Part shown: piece after piece, positions 28,262-42,965 of the stretch
How positions within the stretch are numbered: position 1 is the first letter of the stretch
Layout: each line of letters opens with the position of its first letter
Source: Paraspadella gotoi
Taxonomy: Eukaryota; Animalia; Chaetognatha
Direction of reading: 5' to 3'
NCBI GenBank assembly: GCA_051294375.1
Contig: CM119269.1
Coordinates: 23,392,554-23,456,553, forward strand
DNA length: 64,000 bases
Made by a program: the position numbers and the translations under genes
Notes under the pieces: model-generated
What the model was told of the DNA's origin: nothing
Seen by the model: the letters and a program-made list of their open reading frames with translations, nothing else
The model's database searches: none

Positions 28262-31200
28262 ATTTGTATTTTAAAAGGGAGAAAGAAGCGTGAAAATAGG
28301 ATGAAGAGTAAATGATGACAAAATTAGAAGTAAATTTCTATTAGTAGTTATTGATGTCCGATATTATTGGCTACAATTTTTAATTTTTTTATTTTTTAGC
28401 AAAAGCAATTTAGTTGCAGAAACAGAAAACTGTTATGGAAGGTAAAATTAAAAAGATAAAGAATAGCTTAAGTAAAAATACATGTAACCTCTGCTTAACT
28501 TAGTCACAATTTGTGTTTGTATACATTTGTTTTATTTGCACAATTAAAAGAATAAACATTGAAACTATATTTTCATATGGTCAGTCAAGCCACATTACTT
28601 TTATTTTATTTTTTATTATTTAATGCAAGTCAAGTCACGTGTTATTTTGGTGATTCGTTTTTATTTATTTATTTAAAGTTTTTAATTCACCTTTTTGTAC
28701 AAAATATCTTTTTAATTCATCTGCTGTTCTTTTGTTTTTTCTTCTCTACTCTCTCTAGCATTCCAGACCGACAGCGCCTCTACAATCAATGGGGAAGATT
28801 TTCTCAATTCTACAAACAACAACCCTTACATTTAATTCGTTTTTACTTTGGAGAAAAAATCGCCATTTATTTTTCCTGGTTGGGATTTTACACTGCGTTT
28901 CTGGTGCCAGTGGCTCTCGCGGGAATCATTGCTACTATCTACGGTGCAACGACAATGCATGATAACTATCCAACGCAAGATATTTGCAACGTTTCGGTTG
29001 ATGGCAATCTAGTCATGTGTCCACAATGTAGAGAAGCTTACTGTAACTTTTGGCCGCTCGTCAACAGGTGCTAAAAATGTTATCAAAGTTTTATAAAATA
29101 TTTTGTAAATATTATTAACATGGTTATTTCGCCATTACTAATGAAAAAATTACAAGATTACTATGAATTAATTTATTATATATTTCACTATGTATTAGAT
29201 TTAATTATCAATTTAATTTTAATTAATTCAATTAATTAAATTTAATATTAATATCATATCATTATTATTATATCATTTCCATTGTCTTGTTTCACAATAA
29301 ATGATTCTCGCCTAGGTTTATTCTACTTTAAATTAATTTTAAACAAAATAAACACTAGAAAAAGAAGTCAAATTGTCCAATTACTAAATTATAAACTGTC
29401 TCCTGTCCTAATTCCGCTCCTGAACACTTCTTCTACCCAAGCTGTCTCTACTCCAAGATCACTTACCTGGTGGATAACGAAATCACAGTCGTATTTGCCT
29501 TCGGTATGTTGTCGGAAATTGCAATAAGTTCCCCCCGCCTATAAGAATGACCCCTTCAGTCGTCACCCCCTGCCTGATTGAGTAATACCTTTAGTTCATG
29601 ACCATCAGGTACCGAGATCGATACCCGGCGGTGCCTACCTTGCGCGAAGCGTGAGGACGGCCGTAAACCGCCTTGGGGGCCTGAAAAACCCTCAAGACTG
29701 GTCCGAAGCCCAAGACCCGTTCCCTGGCTGCTCGAGGGGGCTAAAGAAGTTGCGGATAGGACTTTTCAGTCCGTTTAATCCCTTCTCCATAGGTATGGCC
29801 ATGTGGTCCATCCTATTTCTCGAATTCTGGAAACGACGCCAAGCGACTCTCGCCTTCGACTGGGATCTCATAGATGATTTTGATGAGTCTTCACCCGTGA
29901 GACCAGAATTCGAAGCGAAATGTGACAGAAGGAAGAAAAACCCAATCACGGGGCTTGTCGAGCCTTACTTTCCTAAATGGGCCAGGTTTCCGAGGTGAAA
30001 TTGATTGATTGATTGATTTATAGAATAATTGAATGATTGATATATTGATTGTTTGATGGATTAATTGATTGGTTGATAGATCGAACAAGTAAGTAATTCA
30101 TTTAATTATTGTTCAATAGCTTGTTCATATGATCTATTGATTGAATAATTTAATAATTTAATCGTTTGTTGGATTGAGTAATTGCTTCACAACAAGTTTA
30201 ATTCATTGAGTGATTTAATAATTGACTCGAGGTTTAATTTAATTTTTCATTAATTAATTTATATTCTGATAGATATTTTTCCTTATTTAATTACTTGAAT
30301 GATTGATTGATTGATTTTTTACATTCTGCAATTGCCTAAGACACTGATGTCTTTGCAGATATTTCACGGGTTTGACCGTGGTCCTCGTTGCCATTTTCTG
30401 CGTCCTCATCGCAATAACCGGAGTCATTTTCTATCGAGTCTCTATGCGCGCCGTTTTTTGGAAATGGCGGCGGGAGGTCTGGTCTGTCATTAATGATAAT
30501 TCAAAGGTGAGAGGGAGGCTGGTCTGTCATTAATGATAATTCAAAGTTGAGAGGGTGGCTGGTCTGTCTTTAATGATAATTCAAAGGTGAGAGGGAGGCT
30601 GGTCTGTCATTAATGATAATTCACAGTTGAGAGGGAGGCTGGTTTGTCATTAATGATAATTCAAAGTTGAGAGGGTGGCTGGTCTGTCATTAATGATAAT
30701 TCAAAGGTGAGAGGGAGGCTGGTCTGTCACTAATGATAATTCACAGTTGAGAGGGTGGCTGGTCTGTCATTAATGATAATTCAAAGGTGAGAGGCAGGCT
30801 GGTCTGTCATTAATGATAATTCAAAGTTGAAAGGGTGGCTGGTCTGTCATTAATGATAATTCAAAGGTGAGAGGGAGGCTGTTCTGTCATTAATGATAAT
30901 TAAAAGGTGAGAGGGAGTCTGGTCTGTCATTAGTGATAATTAAAAATGAGAGAGATTTTTTGTGCCATCAATAATAACACAATGCTTAGCGGAAACATGT
31001 AAAATTATTAATGACTATAAGATTTATTAAAATTAATATAAAACGAAATTAAGAGAAAACTTTGTTGCAATAATATTTTCTCTTCAGGTTGTAATCACAG
31101 TCACTTCAGCCACAATCAATTTGATATTCATCATGATTCTCGGTCGATTGTACGGATTCGTAGCAGTAAAACTCACAGAATTAGAAAATCAGAGAACGGA

Positions 31201-31290
31201 CAAAGATTTCGAAGATTCTTACACCCTCAAAATGTTCTGCTTTCAATTCGTCAATTATTACTCCTCTATTTTCTACATCGCTTTCTTCAA

Positions 31291-31330
<40 letters not shown>

Positions 31331-32616
31331 AAGAGAGAGAGAGAGAGAAGTAGAGTGGAAAAGAAAAAGACTTTTTCTTATTTATACAATTTTATATGAT
31401 TGAAAGAGTTCTTCAATACATCCTACCACTTCTTTGATAAGGAATCCAGGTTCTTTAGCGGTGACTCTCTCACTGTCTCGTTTGACAGTGAGAGAGTCTC
31501 GATTGAAAGCTTGCAGGGTCTTGGTTTTTCATTAACTTAGAAGATGGATGAAGACCTCAAGCCTGCATGGCCTGTACAAAGTCAGGGGCATGATAGCTTA
31601 CTTGAATAGATATTCGTCGAACCAATTTTAAAGTAAAAAGAGAAAGAGATTCTTTTAAATCAATTAATTTTAAATGGCTACCCAGTACCCACTCCCTCTC
31701 TATCTTTCCATCTCCCAAACACTTCAGGGTCGTTTCTTCAAATTTTTCGACAATAGCGAATCGCTTCAGAAGGACTCGCCCGCTCGCTATGACGAATGCG
31801 ACCCCGCCGGTTGTTTGATAGAACTATTCATTCAAATGTTCATAATTATGGTCGGGAAACAAATATTGTCTAACGTGCAGGAGTTTCTCATTCCTAAAAT
31901 GTGGAGTCTGTACAGGAAGAAGACGGATAGGGTAGTGGATAGCGACGACGAAGAGGTAGGATAGATTGGATTGGATAGATGGGTTGGATTGGATGGATCG
32001 GATGGATGGATGGATTGGATAGATGGAATTGATGGATCAATAGATTGGATAATTTGATGGATGGACTGGATAGATTGATGGATATAGATCGATAGATTGG
32101 ATAGATCGATGAATGAAGGAATTGGATAGATGTATTGTATAAATGGATAGGATGGATAGATGAAAAGGATGGATGGATATCACTCTATCAATAAATAAAT
32201 AATAAATGTTTTATATCAATGTTACCACTATGACAAAGTCCACTACAATAATAGTCAGATGTAAATGACCTTTTTACTAATTCGATTGTAATTTAACTAA
32301 ACTTAACAGAAATTAAAAAAGCATCGAGAACGTCCTCAGTGGGAAAACGATTATCATTTAACTTGCATCGGAACTTTGGGTCTTTTTAATGAATATCTTG
32401 AGATGGTCATACAGGTAAAAACGCTTTTATCAAATTATATTATTAATTCCATCATTAATTCATTCCCGCCCTTATGTCTCTCTCTCTTTCTCGCTCTCTN
32501 NNNNNNNNNNNNNNNNNNNNNNNNNNNNNNNNNNNNNNNNNNNNNNNNNNNNNNNNNNNNNNNNNNNNNNNNNNNNNNNNNNNNNNNNNNNNNNNNNNNN
32601 NNNNNNNNNNNNNNNN

Positions 32617-32653
<37 letters not shown>

Positions 32654-33091
32654 ATTCCAGTTTGGCTTTGTCACTCTATTCGTCACTGCTTTTCCTTTGG
32701 CTCCAGTTTTTGCTTTGATCAACAACATAATTGAAATTCGTTTGGACGCTAATAAATTCACTTGCAGGTTGCGAATTAATTACTTAATTTGTTGCGAATT
32801 AATTACTTAATTTGTTGCGAATTAATTACTTAATTTGTTGCGAATTAATTACTTAATTTGTTGCGAATTAATTACTTAATTTGTTGCGAATTAATTACTT
32901 AATTTGTATATAGGCCGCTAGACGGGCTGAAGATGACTGTCCGTATCTTTTTTTAAGTCCCTCTAGCGGCCAAAGAACGGGTATGGGCTTGGAACCAGGC
33001 TAGGAAAACCCGTTTTTACGGGTCTTCGGTAGAATTTTTCATAATAATGTTTTACGATAAAATAAGAAACCTCTTTTCTATTCGGGTCCCT

Positions 33092-33135
<44 letters not shown>

Positions 33136-33575
33136 TCTCTCTCTCTCTCCCTCTCTCCCTCACTCCCCCCACAGCCTCCGACGCCAGCGCCCCATGCAGG
33201 CCAAAGATATCGGCGTCTGGTTCTACATTCTCTCCACAGTCGCGCGTTTAGCTGTCATCACAAACGCTTTAGTCATCGCGTTCACTTCTAACTTTATCGA
33301 GAGAATATTTTATCTATTGACTGAGGTAGAATTATTGATTTGATTGATTGATTGATTGATTGATTAATTGATTCATTCATTAATTGAATGATTGCAATAT
33401 AAATTTTTTGAATATACAATTGACTTATCAATGAATTATATATATGATTCTTTTAATTAATAATAATTTAATGATTAATTATTTTTTTCTGCTTTTCTTC
33501 AAGACGCTTTTTTTTCAGACCCTCTTTCTGGCTCTCCCCTGCCTGTCCTGGACCAAAGCCCCGACCGGTACACTA

Positions 33576-33619
<44 letters not shown>

Positions 33620-33859
33620 CCCTTTTTCTTCAGAGCCGAGACGGCACGCTTCAAGGCTTCACACGCTTTACTCTCTCGCGCTTCAATGTTTCCGATTTTT
33701 CGTCAGAAACGAGACCGGCTGGAAATTTTACGCCTCCCGAGGGCGTCTGCTTTTATAGAGATTACAGATCAGGATCTGATCAGGATTATTCGCGCACGGC
33801 TACTTGGTACAACGTTATGCTCGCTAAAGTAAGTTTATTAGTAATACATGGATAATAAA

Positions 33860-33927
<68 letters not shown>

Positions 33928-33985
33928 TAACAATGATAACAATAATAACAATGATAACAATAATAATAATTATAAAAATAATAAA

Positions 33986-34025
<40 letters not shown>

Positions 34026-34577
34026 TAATAATAATAATAATAATGATAATAATAATAATGATGATAATAATAATAATGATGATAATAATAATAATAATGA
34101 TAATAATGATAATAATGATAACAATGATAACAATAATAATAATTATAAAAATGGAAGAGGCAGTAATTATCGTTGTGTTAGTGACAGAACCGTTCAATAT
34201 AAGCAGTCCCTGAGCTTCGGATCAGGCTGTAACACCGAGTTACAGGCGGTTATGCGCCCCGTCCCTCTTAACTGCTAGGCGGCCACCTGGCTAGAACCCC
34301 GGACCTTTGGGTTGGGAGGCGAATGACTTGCCTCCGGCACCAATGGCCACTGATGAACGGTTGGTGGATTTTAGTCCACCATACTAGATTACTTAGTAAT
34401 AACGAAAGATAGTTTTAACAGAAATCAAATTATTACACGAACAAAGGAAAATAGAACATAAATTAAGAACAAATACATTATATGAAAATAGAATGATATA
34501 AAATATTAAATAGTTAGATAGTAGATTTTAGTCCACTATAAAGAAATAATAATAATAATAATGATGGTAAAAATAAT

Positions 34578-34624
<47 letters not shown>

Positions 34625-35201
34625 TAACAATTATATATATATGATAATAATAAAAATAATAAGATCATTATTATCATTATGAGGCGTAGAGGTCTAAAGC
34701 CACGATAGTCTCTAGATATCTTATTTATTAAATGATTGAATTGACATAGTGATTTTATCCTTTCTCTTTCGTTACGTTTGTAGATTGAAAGGAAAAATTT
34801 GTATAATGTTTCAAATTCACAACTGTTAAACGCCGATGAAGGCTTGCACTAAGGCCGAAACATGTCCGTTGCTATACAAAAATAAATAGTTACTGAAACA
34901 TTAAACAAGGTTTTCCTTTAAATGATTGAATGAAATATTGTTGTTCCTATTTCATATCTCACAATAGAGTGCAAATTTATATCTATACATATTTTAATTA
35001 TTATTCCAGGTGGTATTCGTCCTTTTATTCGAACACATCGTCTACTTCCTTCGAGATGTCATCGCTTGGTTTGTCCCCGATGTGCCGGCCGAAGTTCTCG
35101 TCAGCATCAGACGAGAGGCCTTCCTCGGAAGGAAAGCCCTCTACGATCAAGAGCTGGAAGACAATAGAGCACTGAGAAGAGAAAAGTCAAAGGACGAATG
35201 A
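25529..35201 (+). CDS. ANO: Anoctamin/TMEM16 family Ca2+-activated channel/scramblase, 16 coding exons, about 954 aa
   Basis: Hand-spliced GT-AG exons keep one frame: 25529-25835, 26214-26278, 26387-26572, 26912-27189, 28065-28190, 28759-29067, 29442-29503, 29793-29994, 30359-30506, 31088-31291, 31728-31955, 32310-32414, 32661-32767, 33175-33325, 33634-33828, 35010-35201 (2865 nt). Family motifs: [115 protein letters not shown]. The Ca2+-site residues ([16 protein letters not shown]) are intact. The paralog cannot be assigned. The ATG follows a CAG acceptor, so upstream exon(s) are possible. Confidence 0.95.
26580..26926 (+). repeat. ~82-bp minisatellite containing the exon 4 splice acceptor and first exon bases
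   Basis: Unit ends ...ccccaaaaAG|TCCCGCCTTAAAATG. AG at 26651, 26733 and 26815 (decoys) and at 26910 (in-frame site). Confidence 0.9.
29565..29780 (+). mobile_element. Probable tRNA-derived SINE filling most of anoctamin intron 7
   Basis: GC-rich island with B-box-like gagatcgataccc and body motif ctggtccgaagccc, similar to the ctgatccgaagctc motif of the other SINE copies. Confidence 0.45.
30472..30945 (+). repeat. 40-bp minisatellite (12 copies) made of the exon 9 3' end plus donor
   Basis: Unit ggtctgtcattaatgataattcaaag|GTGAGAgggaggct at exact 40-bp spacing from 30481 to 30921. Confidence 0.95.
32768..32907 (+). repeat. 23-bp minisatellite (6 copies) starting at the intron 13 donor GT
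   Basis: gttgcgaattaattacttaattt x6. Confidence 0.95.
33852..34145. repeat. (AAT)n microsatellite
   Basis: Directly visible. Confidence 0.95.
34153..34525 (-). mobile_element. tRNA-derived SINE-like sequence within a ~370-bp duplicated unit (copy 1)
   Basis: Minus-strand head gtggccattggtgccggaggcaagtcattcgcctcccaacccaaaggtccggggttctagcc has A/B-box-like motifs. Near-identical to 36188-36560. Confidence 0.65.
34829..34870 (+). ncRNA. Minimal type I hammerhead ribozyme motif (U4C core variant) in the last anoctamin intron
   Basis: AACG-CCGATGA-A-GGCTT-gcacta-AGGCC-GAAA-C-at-GTC-CGTT. Stem I is AACG/CGTT, followed by stem II and palindromic ACATGT. Confidence 0.6.
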
Positions 35202-36187
35202 TCGAACTGTAGGGTCAGGTGTACGGTCAACTGTGCGGTCAGAAGTACAGTCAGCTGTGCGGTAATGTCCAATCGAAGTTTAGAGAAAAGTTTTGCGCTA
35301 AATTTAGGAAAATTTCCCCAAAAAATTTTGGGGAAAAATCATTAAGAGATTTTATTGAAAAGTTTTCCGATTTTAAGGTAGAAATTCAGCTCTTTTTTCC
35401 GAGAGTTCCCCATTTCTGTTCCTATTTAAGAATTTAATTTTAACGTTATTATTTAACCTGAATATATTTTTAAACCTATAAACCTAACCGTTATCCTTAA
35501 CCCTGTCTTAATCCTGAACCTTAACTCTCACCCTAATCTTAATCCTGAACCTTAACCCTAACCCTAACCTTATTATCCTTAATTTCTAACTCTAACTTTT
35601 AACTCTAAACCTAATAACAATCCAAATTATTCACTATCCTGACCCCTATCCCAATCCCTAACTTTAACATTTAACCTAATCTATAACTAGAAAAAAATTA
35701 ATTTAATTCCGAAATTTATAAAAAAAAAGGTCGTTCTGGAAAAATATTGCCAGACAAATGTACGAAAAAAATATTAAACAAAAATGCCTTAAATTTTTTT
35801 CCACACAAGATGGTTTGTTGAAAAAGCATATCTTATATATATATATATTATATATATCTTATATATATTTTATTATCTGTCTTCCTCTCAATTTTAATAC
35901 AAACCTCCGCTGTTTAGTTAATTTTTAAATATATCAAGCAAATTTTAAGATCTTGTGAATTATTTACTCATTTGTCGCCGAATTGATATCAGTGTAACTG
36001 TTTCATCTTTGAATGTTCTCAATTTTAAATTTGATCTCTTTTGCTTCTTTAGTCATAAAGATAATTACTTCTTTTATTAGCTTTGCTTTTTTTATCGGGT
36101 GAAATGAACTACTTAAAATTTGATGTGTAAAACGCTTTTTGAACTTGTTAACGTTATTAAATTATTTTTTTTTAAATTGTGCTAGTG

Positions 36188-36560
36188 AAGAGACAGTAAT
36201 TATTATTATGTGTTAGTGACGGAACCGTTCAATATAAGCAGTCCCTGAGCTTCGGATCAGGCTGTAACACCGTGTTACAGGCGGGTTAAGCACCCCGTCC
36301 CTCTTAACTGCCAGACGACCACCGGGCTAGAACCCCAGACCTTTGGGTTGGGAGGCGAATGACTTGCCTCTGGCACCAATGGCCGCTGATGAACGGTTGG
36401 TGGATTTTAGTCCACCATACTAGATTACTTAGTAATAACGAAAGATAGTTTTAACAGAAATCAAATTATTACACGAACAAAGGAAAATAGAACATAAATT
36501 AAGAACAAATACATTATATGAAAATAGAATGATATAAAATATTAAATAGTTAGATAGTAG
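36188..36560 (-). mobile_element. tRNA-derived SINE-like sequence within a ~370-bp duplicated unit (copy 2)
   Basis: Direct repeat of 34153-34525. A diverged body/tail copy (cctgatccgaagctcggggact) lies at about 42805-42885 on +. Confidence 0.65.
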
Positions 36561-38317
36561 TACCTAAATTATAAAAAAAATATTTTCAATTATACCAAAC
36601 TTATATATAGTTGTATTCGTTAATTGCTCAAGGCGGGTTCCGAGTTAATTTAATGCGGTATTAATTATTATTTTTCAAGCTTTTTTTCAAATTCTTTACG
36701 CCTTTTATCCGTGGCGCTGAAATCGCTAAAATAGCAAAAATGAACAAAAGATCAAAATGTCGCTATTCTTTATATATTTATATTCTATGTATTCTATTTT
36801 TTATATTTTATTAAATTATTTGATTGAAATTAATTATCTCTTTAAAAATTGTTAGTGTTTTTATTTTTCAAATAGTTTCTCCAAAAAGTTCTTTTTTTAA
36901 AAATCTTGATATATGTCGAGATTCTATTTCCTTGAGATCGTTCATAATGATAAAACCTACTAGCTACAGGTTATACTTTTTAATTTTAAAACTAACTTTA
37001 TGTCTTTCTACTAGTTCCCTGAGTTAATTCTCCATACAAAAAAATCGGTATTACAAAAATTTAATAACGACGTTTGAAGCATCAGATCTTTTAACTAAAT
37101 AGATATTAAAAAAATAAGGTATTACTGTGAATTAAATATATGAAAAATGCATTAGACTCACGAATATTTCTGAAATTGAAATTAAGAAAAATTAAAATTT
37201 AGAGACATTCAAACATAGATACAGAAACTAACATGAACACAAGACGAACATAATGTTTTGGTTAAATAAGTAGACAGGAAAAACAGTAATTGTAAAATAT
37301 TAAATCAGTTGTAAATTTAAATAATAAACCAGGTTTAGTTTTGAAAGCGATCGCTGCAAAAATTATGAAAAAAAATTAAAGGTTTACTTTCAAAATAATT
37401 TTGTGATTGAGAAAAGAAAATTCTGTAAATTATGAAATTAAAATCCCACTATACTACAGAAGCAATTATGTCTCGTAATGCAAGGTGTTGAAAAGATAAA
37501 TATATAAATGTAATGTCAAAAATATGTACAAAAGGCTGGAATTTAGTGAAAAAAAATTAAAAAATTAAAAAGCTCCTAATCCACGCAAATTCCACTTCTC
37601 TTATGCAAAAAAAATATTTTTAATATACAAAAATTTTGTTTAAATAGACTATAAAATTGTTTAATGAGTGTCTAATTAGATAAAATAGAACTGAAAGGTT
37701 ATATAAATATTGAAACATAAATATCATATGGAAGAGTTTCTCGAAAATGTTAAAGAAACTATTGTTTGCTACAATGAGCCGAAACAGAGTGAAAAGGAAG
37801 ATCCAAAATTGACATTCATAAGACATAATTTTTTTAAAAAATGAAAACGTTAAGAAATACAATAAAAATAGTATAATTTAAAATGCCAAAACCCTAGGTT
37901 AATATCTCCAACAATTTGGAATTTGCTTAAATGAAAATTAACTCGTGTTCGACACTGAAAAAAATAAAATAAACCAGAAAAGTTTAATTAAAGTTTTAAC
38001 CAAAAAACTTATGATAAAAAAACTTAATAGTGGAAAGAGAATTTCTGATCTGATTTCCGATCTACCACTTGCAAAAACTTTTAAAACAACGCATTCATTT
38101 TGTTTAGAAAAATAACAGCAAATGATATTTAATCATAAATAATTCGCAATTTCAACATGTATTCAACTGTAGTAAAAAGGAATAAATAAATAAATAAATA
38201 GATTTCTAAGTCCATAATCTAAAACCTTGGTATTGATTCGAATGGGTCCCGGCTTTTATCATTCCAAGTTAAGCCATTTTTTAAAACTTCAGCCACATTT
38301 AATATAATCTCGAGAAG

Positions 38318-39712
<1,395 letters not shown>

Positions 39713-40007
39713 TTATTTTTTTTTAATTATCGAAATTTGTGACCTTTTGTGAAAATAAAAGAAGAGAATTATTCATTATTACTTTTTATTCCAGTGATAA
39801 GGTTTAGAAATGAAATTAACATTTTATTTTTTTTAAACAGCTTTTTTTTTAAACCACAAATTGATAGTTATAACTTTTTACGATTTAACTATTTAACTAT
39901 ACTTATTTACTATACGACTTATTTTGTCCATTTAAAATATCAAGTTAAAGGTTTATTGCGAAAATTAATTAAATATAAATTTTTAGTATTTTTGTTTGAA
40001 TTTAATC

Positions 40008-40105
<98 letters not shown>

Positions 40106-40587
40106 ATATACACATATAGTAAATGGCAATATAGCTTGTTTATTTAATGAATAAATAATATTTATATTGGTTGTACCAATTTCATACACAATTTGCTTTG
40201 TACAAATGATATATTGTCTTATCAAATTTACGACTTAAGCTTGCACACGTGATTGTAAAAACAATTAATAATAAAAATAAAAAATGTTCTCACCAATTTA
40301 TGTCTGCGGTTCTCTTTAAATATGGTCGGTCCGTTTAAAATATAAAAAATATGTATATTTACTTGGAAGATTCCGAATTAAACGGAGGTTTGGCGATTTG
40401 TCCACAACGAAGCGGCTCTTGCTTCTTGCTGATGGAAGTGGCTTCAAATGAAGGCTCTCTCTCCCTCTCTATCGTTCTTCGCGTCACACACAAAGGGGAA
40501 GAACACGCACCATCGTAAAAGGAGAGAGAGAGAGAGACTTGCGCTCCTGCGAGAGATGACTCAGTCTTTCGGGGTCGCGAAAGAGGG

Positions 40588-40643
<56 letters not shown>

Positions 40644-40879
40644 AGCTGCCCGCGACGAGAAATCCTCCAATTTGGGAATCTCTCTCTCTGCTGCAGCGAC
40701 GGCTGGCGGAGGCTGACGCGTCGCTTATGCTGATCTCCTACCATCGGTGGACCACGGCGTCCCTGCAAGAATAATGCAATGGAACCGAGCGCGAATGGCA
40801 CGGAAGGGAAGGGGAAGCAAATCTCTTGCCAGAAGGAAAGAAGGACAGCATTCAAAAATGAATGGAGATTGTGTTAGTT

Positions 40880-41340
40880 TGTTCATTCATTCATTCTTTG
40901 CTAAATTCATTCGTTCCTAGATAAAATTGATTCTTTACTTACTAAATTCATTCAGTCCTTGCTAAATTCATTCAGTCCTTGCTAAATTCATTCGTTCCTA
41001 GATAAAATTCATTCATTACTTACTAATTTCATTCATTACTTACTAAATTCATTCATTCTTTGCTAAATTCATTCGTTTCTAGATAAAATTCATTCATTAC
41101 TACTAAATTGATTCATTCTTTGGCAAAGACTTTGCGAAATTCATTCATTACATTGTAAATTCATTCATTACTTACTAAATTCATTAATTTATTTCTAAAT
41201 TCATTCATTCCTTTCTAAATTCATTCATTACTTACTAAATTTATTCATTTCTTTCTAAATTCATTCATTACTTACTAAATTTATTTATTCCTTTCTAAAT
41301 TCATTTCTTTCTTAATTCATTCATTCATTTCTAAATTCTA
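40880..41340. repeat. ~20-bp tandem repeat ctaaattcattcattactta
   Basis: Directly visible, upstream of elav. Confidence 0.85.
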
Positions 41341-41480
41341 AATTTTACCTCATTTCCTCGCTTTTGTAATAAATTAATACATGATTTTACCAAAAAAAAT
41401 ACTTTAAAAAAAATTATTTGAATTTATAACTTCCATGTCAACCAATAAATTGTGAGAAAAAAGTATAAGAGGAAAATCAA

Positions 41481-41519
<39 letters not shown>

Positions 41520-41698
41520 AATGATGATTATTATTATTATTATTATTATGATGTAATGATGATTATGATGATGATGTAATGATGATTATGATGATGATGT
41601 AATGATGATTATGATGATGATGATGATGAAGATAATGTAATGATGATGATGTAATGAAGATGATGATGATTATAATTATGATGATGATGATGATGATG
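41481..41698. repeat. (GAT)n microsatellite
   Basis: Directly visible. Confidence 0.9.
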
Positions 41699-42246
41699 TG
41701 CCACGAGTTAGGGATTTACGTGCGTGCGTGCGTGCGTTTGAGTGTATATGCGATGTGCGTGCTAAGAGGAAATGAGAATGAAACTCGCAAAGAGGATTTT
41801 TGGTTAAATTCGGTCAGAAAATTAGTTTAATCTTTTGGAATAAAACACAAACATAAAAGTTTGTATTATTAAGAATAGTAAATAAACCACAGTAAATTAT
41901 ATGTTTCGGGTTTTTATATGTTTTAATTATTAATTATATGTTTTCGGGTTTCGGTTATGCATAAGTTTAGTTGCTTGAATTTGTGATTCTGTTGAAATCA
42001 TTATTTTTAAAATATTATTAATATTATTACTATTAATAATAACTATCGGTAATCGTTAAACGAACTTTATCTTAAAAAGACGCGTTCATATGTTAATTCA
42101 AATATACGATTGCTAAGAAATTGTACAGAAATTTTCTGTACTATACAATACTATTTTCAACGGTATAGATTATACAACCTCATCTTTAACTTTAAAACTC
42201 GAAAAGTTAAAAAGTCAAAAAATGGAAACAGACGTGGGATTTTGAC

Positions 42247-42309
<63 letters not shown>

Positions 42310-42965
42310 GCGGAGATCCGCACGGGTCGCTGGCCGAACACAATGCGCCGCGGGCAGAAAAGGGAACAGGCAATTCTCGCAATGGACGAAGCCATCTGCT
42401 CGGATTCTCTTGGCATCAAATTTTGTTTAAGTTTCTAAAAGTATTTTTTTCTTATCTATACGTACTATGTAATAATTGAGTTCCTTACATAATACTTAAC
42501 GTACGAGTCTATCTCAATACAGTAAACTACGGTATTTAACTTAGTTAAATTTATCAAGAACTAATGTTTCGAATAAAAATTCAATTAGCATAACTACTTT
42601 TTAAAAAAATAATTAGAAAAGTTAAAAAATACACTACATAATCATAGAACCAAGTATTCTTTTGCTATTTGATAACTCACTTCCCTTTTGTTTCCTGAAT
42701 CGACTTTCTTTTTTTAAATCCCGCAAGAGGCGCTGCGGTTGTCGGAGATTGTGAATTCTCCGGTTGCCATACGAATCTGTAAACAAGAGAACAATGCACT
42801 CATCGCTGCAGTGAGAAGAGACCGGGCACTTCACCCGCCTGTAGTACCATGTTGTTACAACCTGATCCGAAGCTCGGGGACTCCTTTTTTTAAACGGTTC
42901 GGTTCTATCATTAACTCATAACAAAAATTATGTTTCTTCATTATGAAATTGGTACAACCAATATA

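Noticed and set aside
30472-30945. Regular 40-bp and 56-bp arrays resembling CRISPR
   Set aside because: Head-to-tail units with no unique spacers, no cas genes, and a eukaryotic intronic context.
34280-34350. Functional tRNA gene (also 36315-36387 and 43243-43286)
   Set aside because: Degenerate or partial cloverleaf embedded in repeated elements; better explained as a SINE head or PBS-like fragment.
34350-34385. CTGATGA plus hairpin as another hammerhead
   Set aside because: No GAAA-NUH at the required position after the stem.
35480-35685. Interstitial telomere (TAACCC-like repeats)
   Set aside because: Only two or three perfect units within a degenerate tract; no evidence of a chromosome end or fusion.
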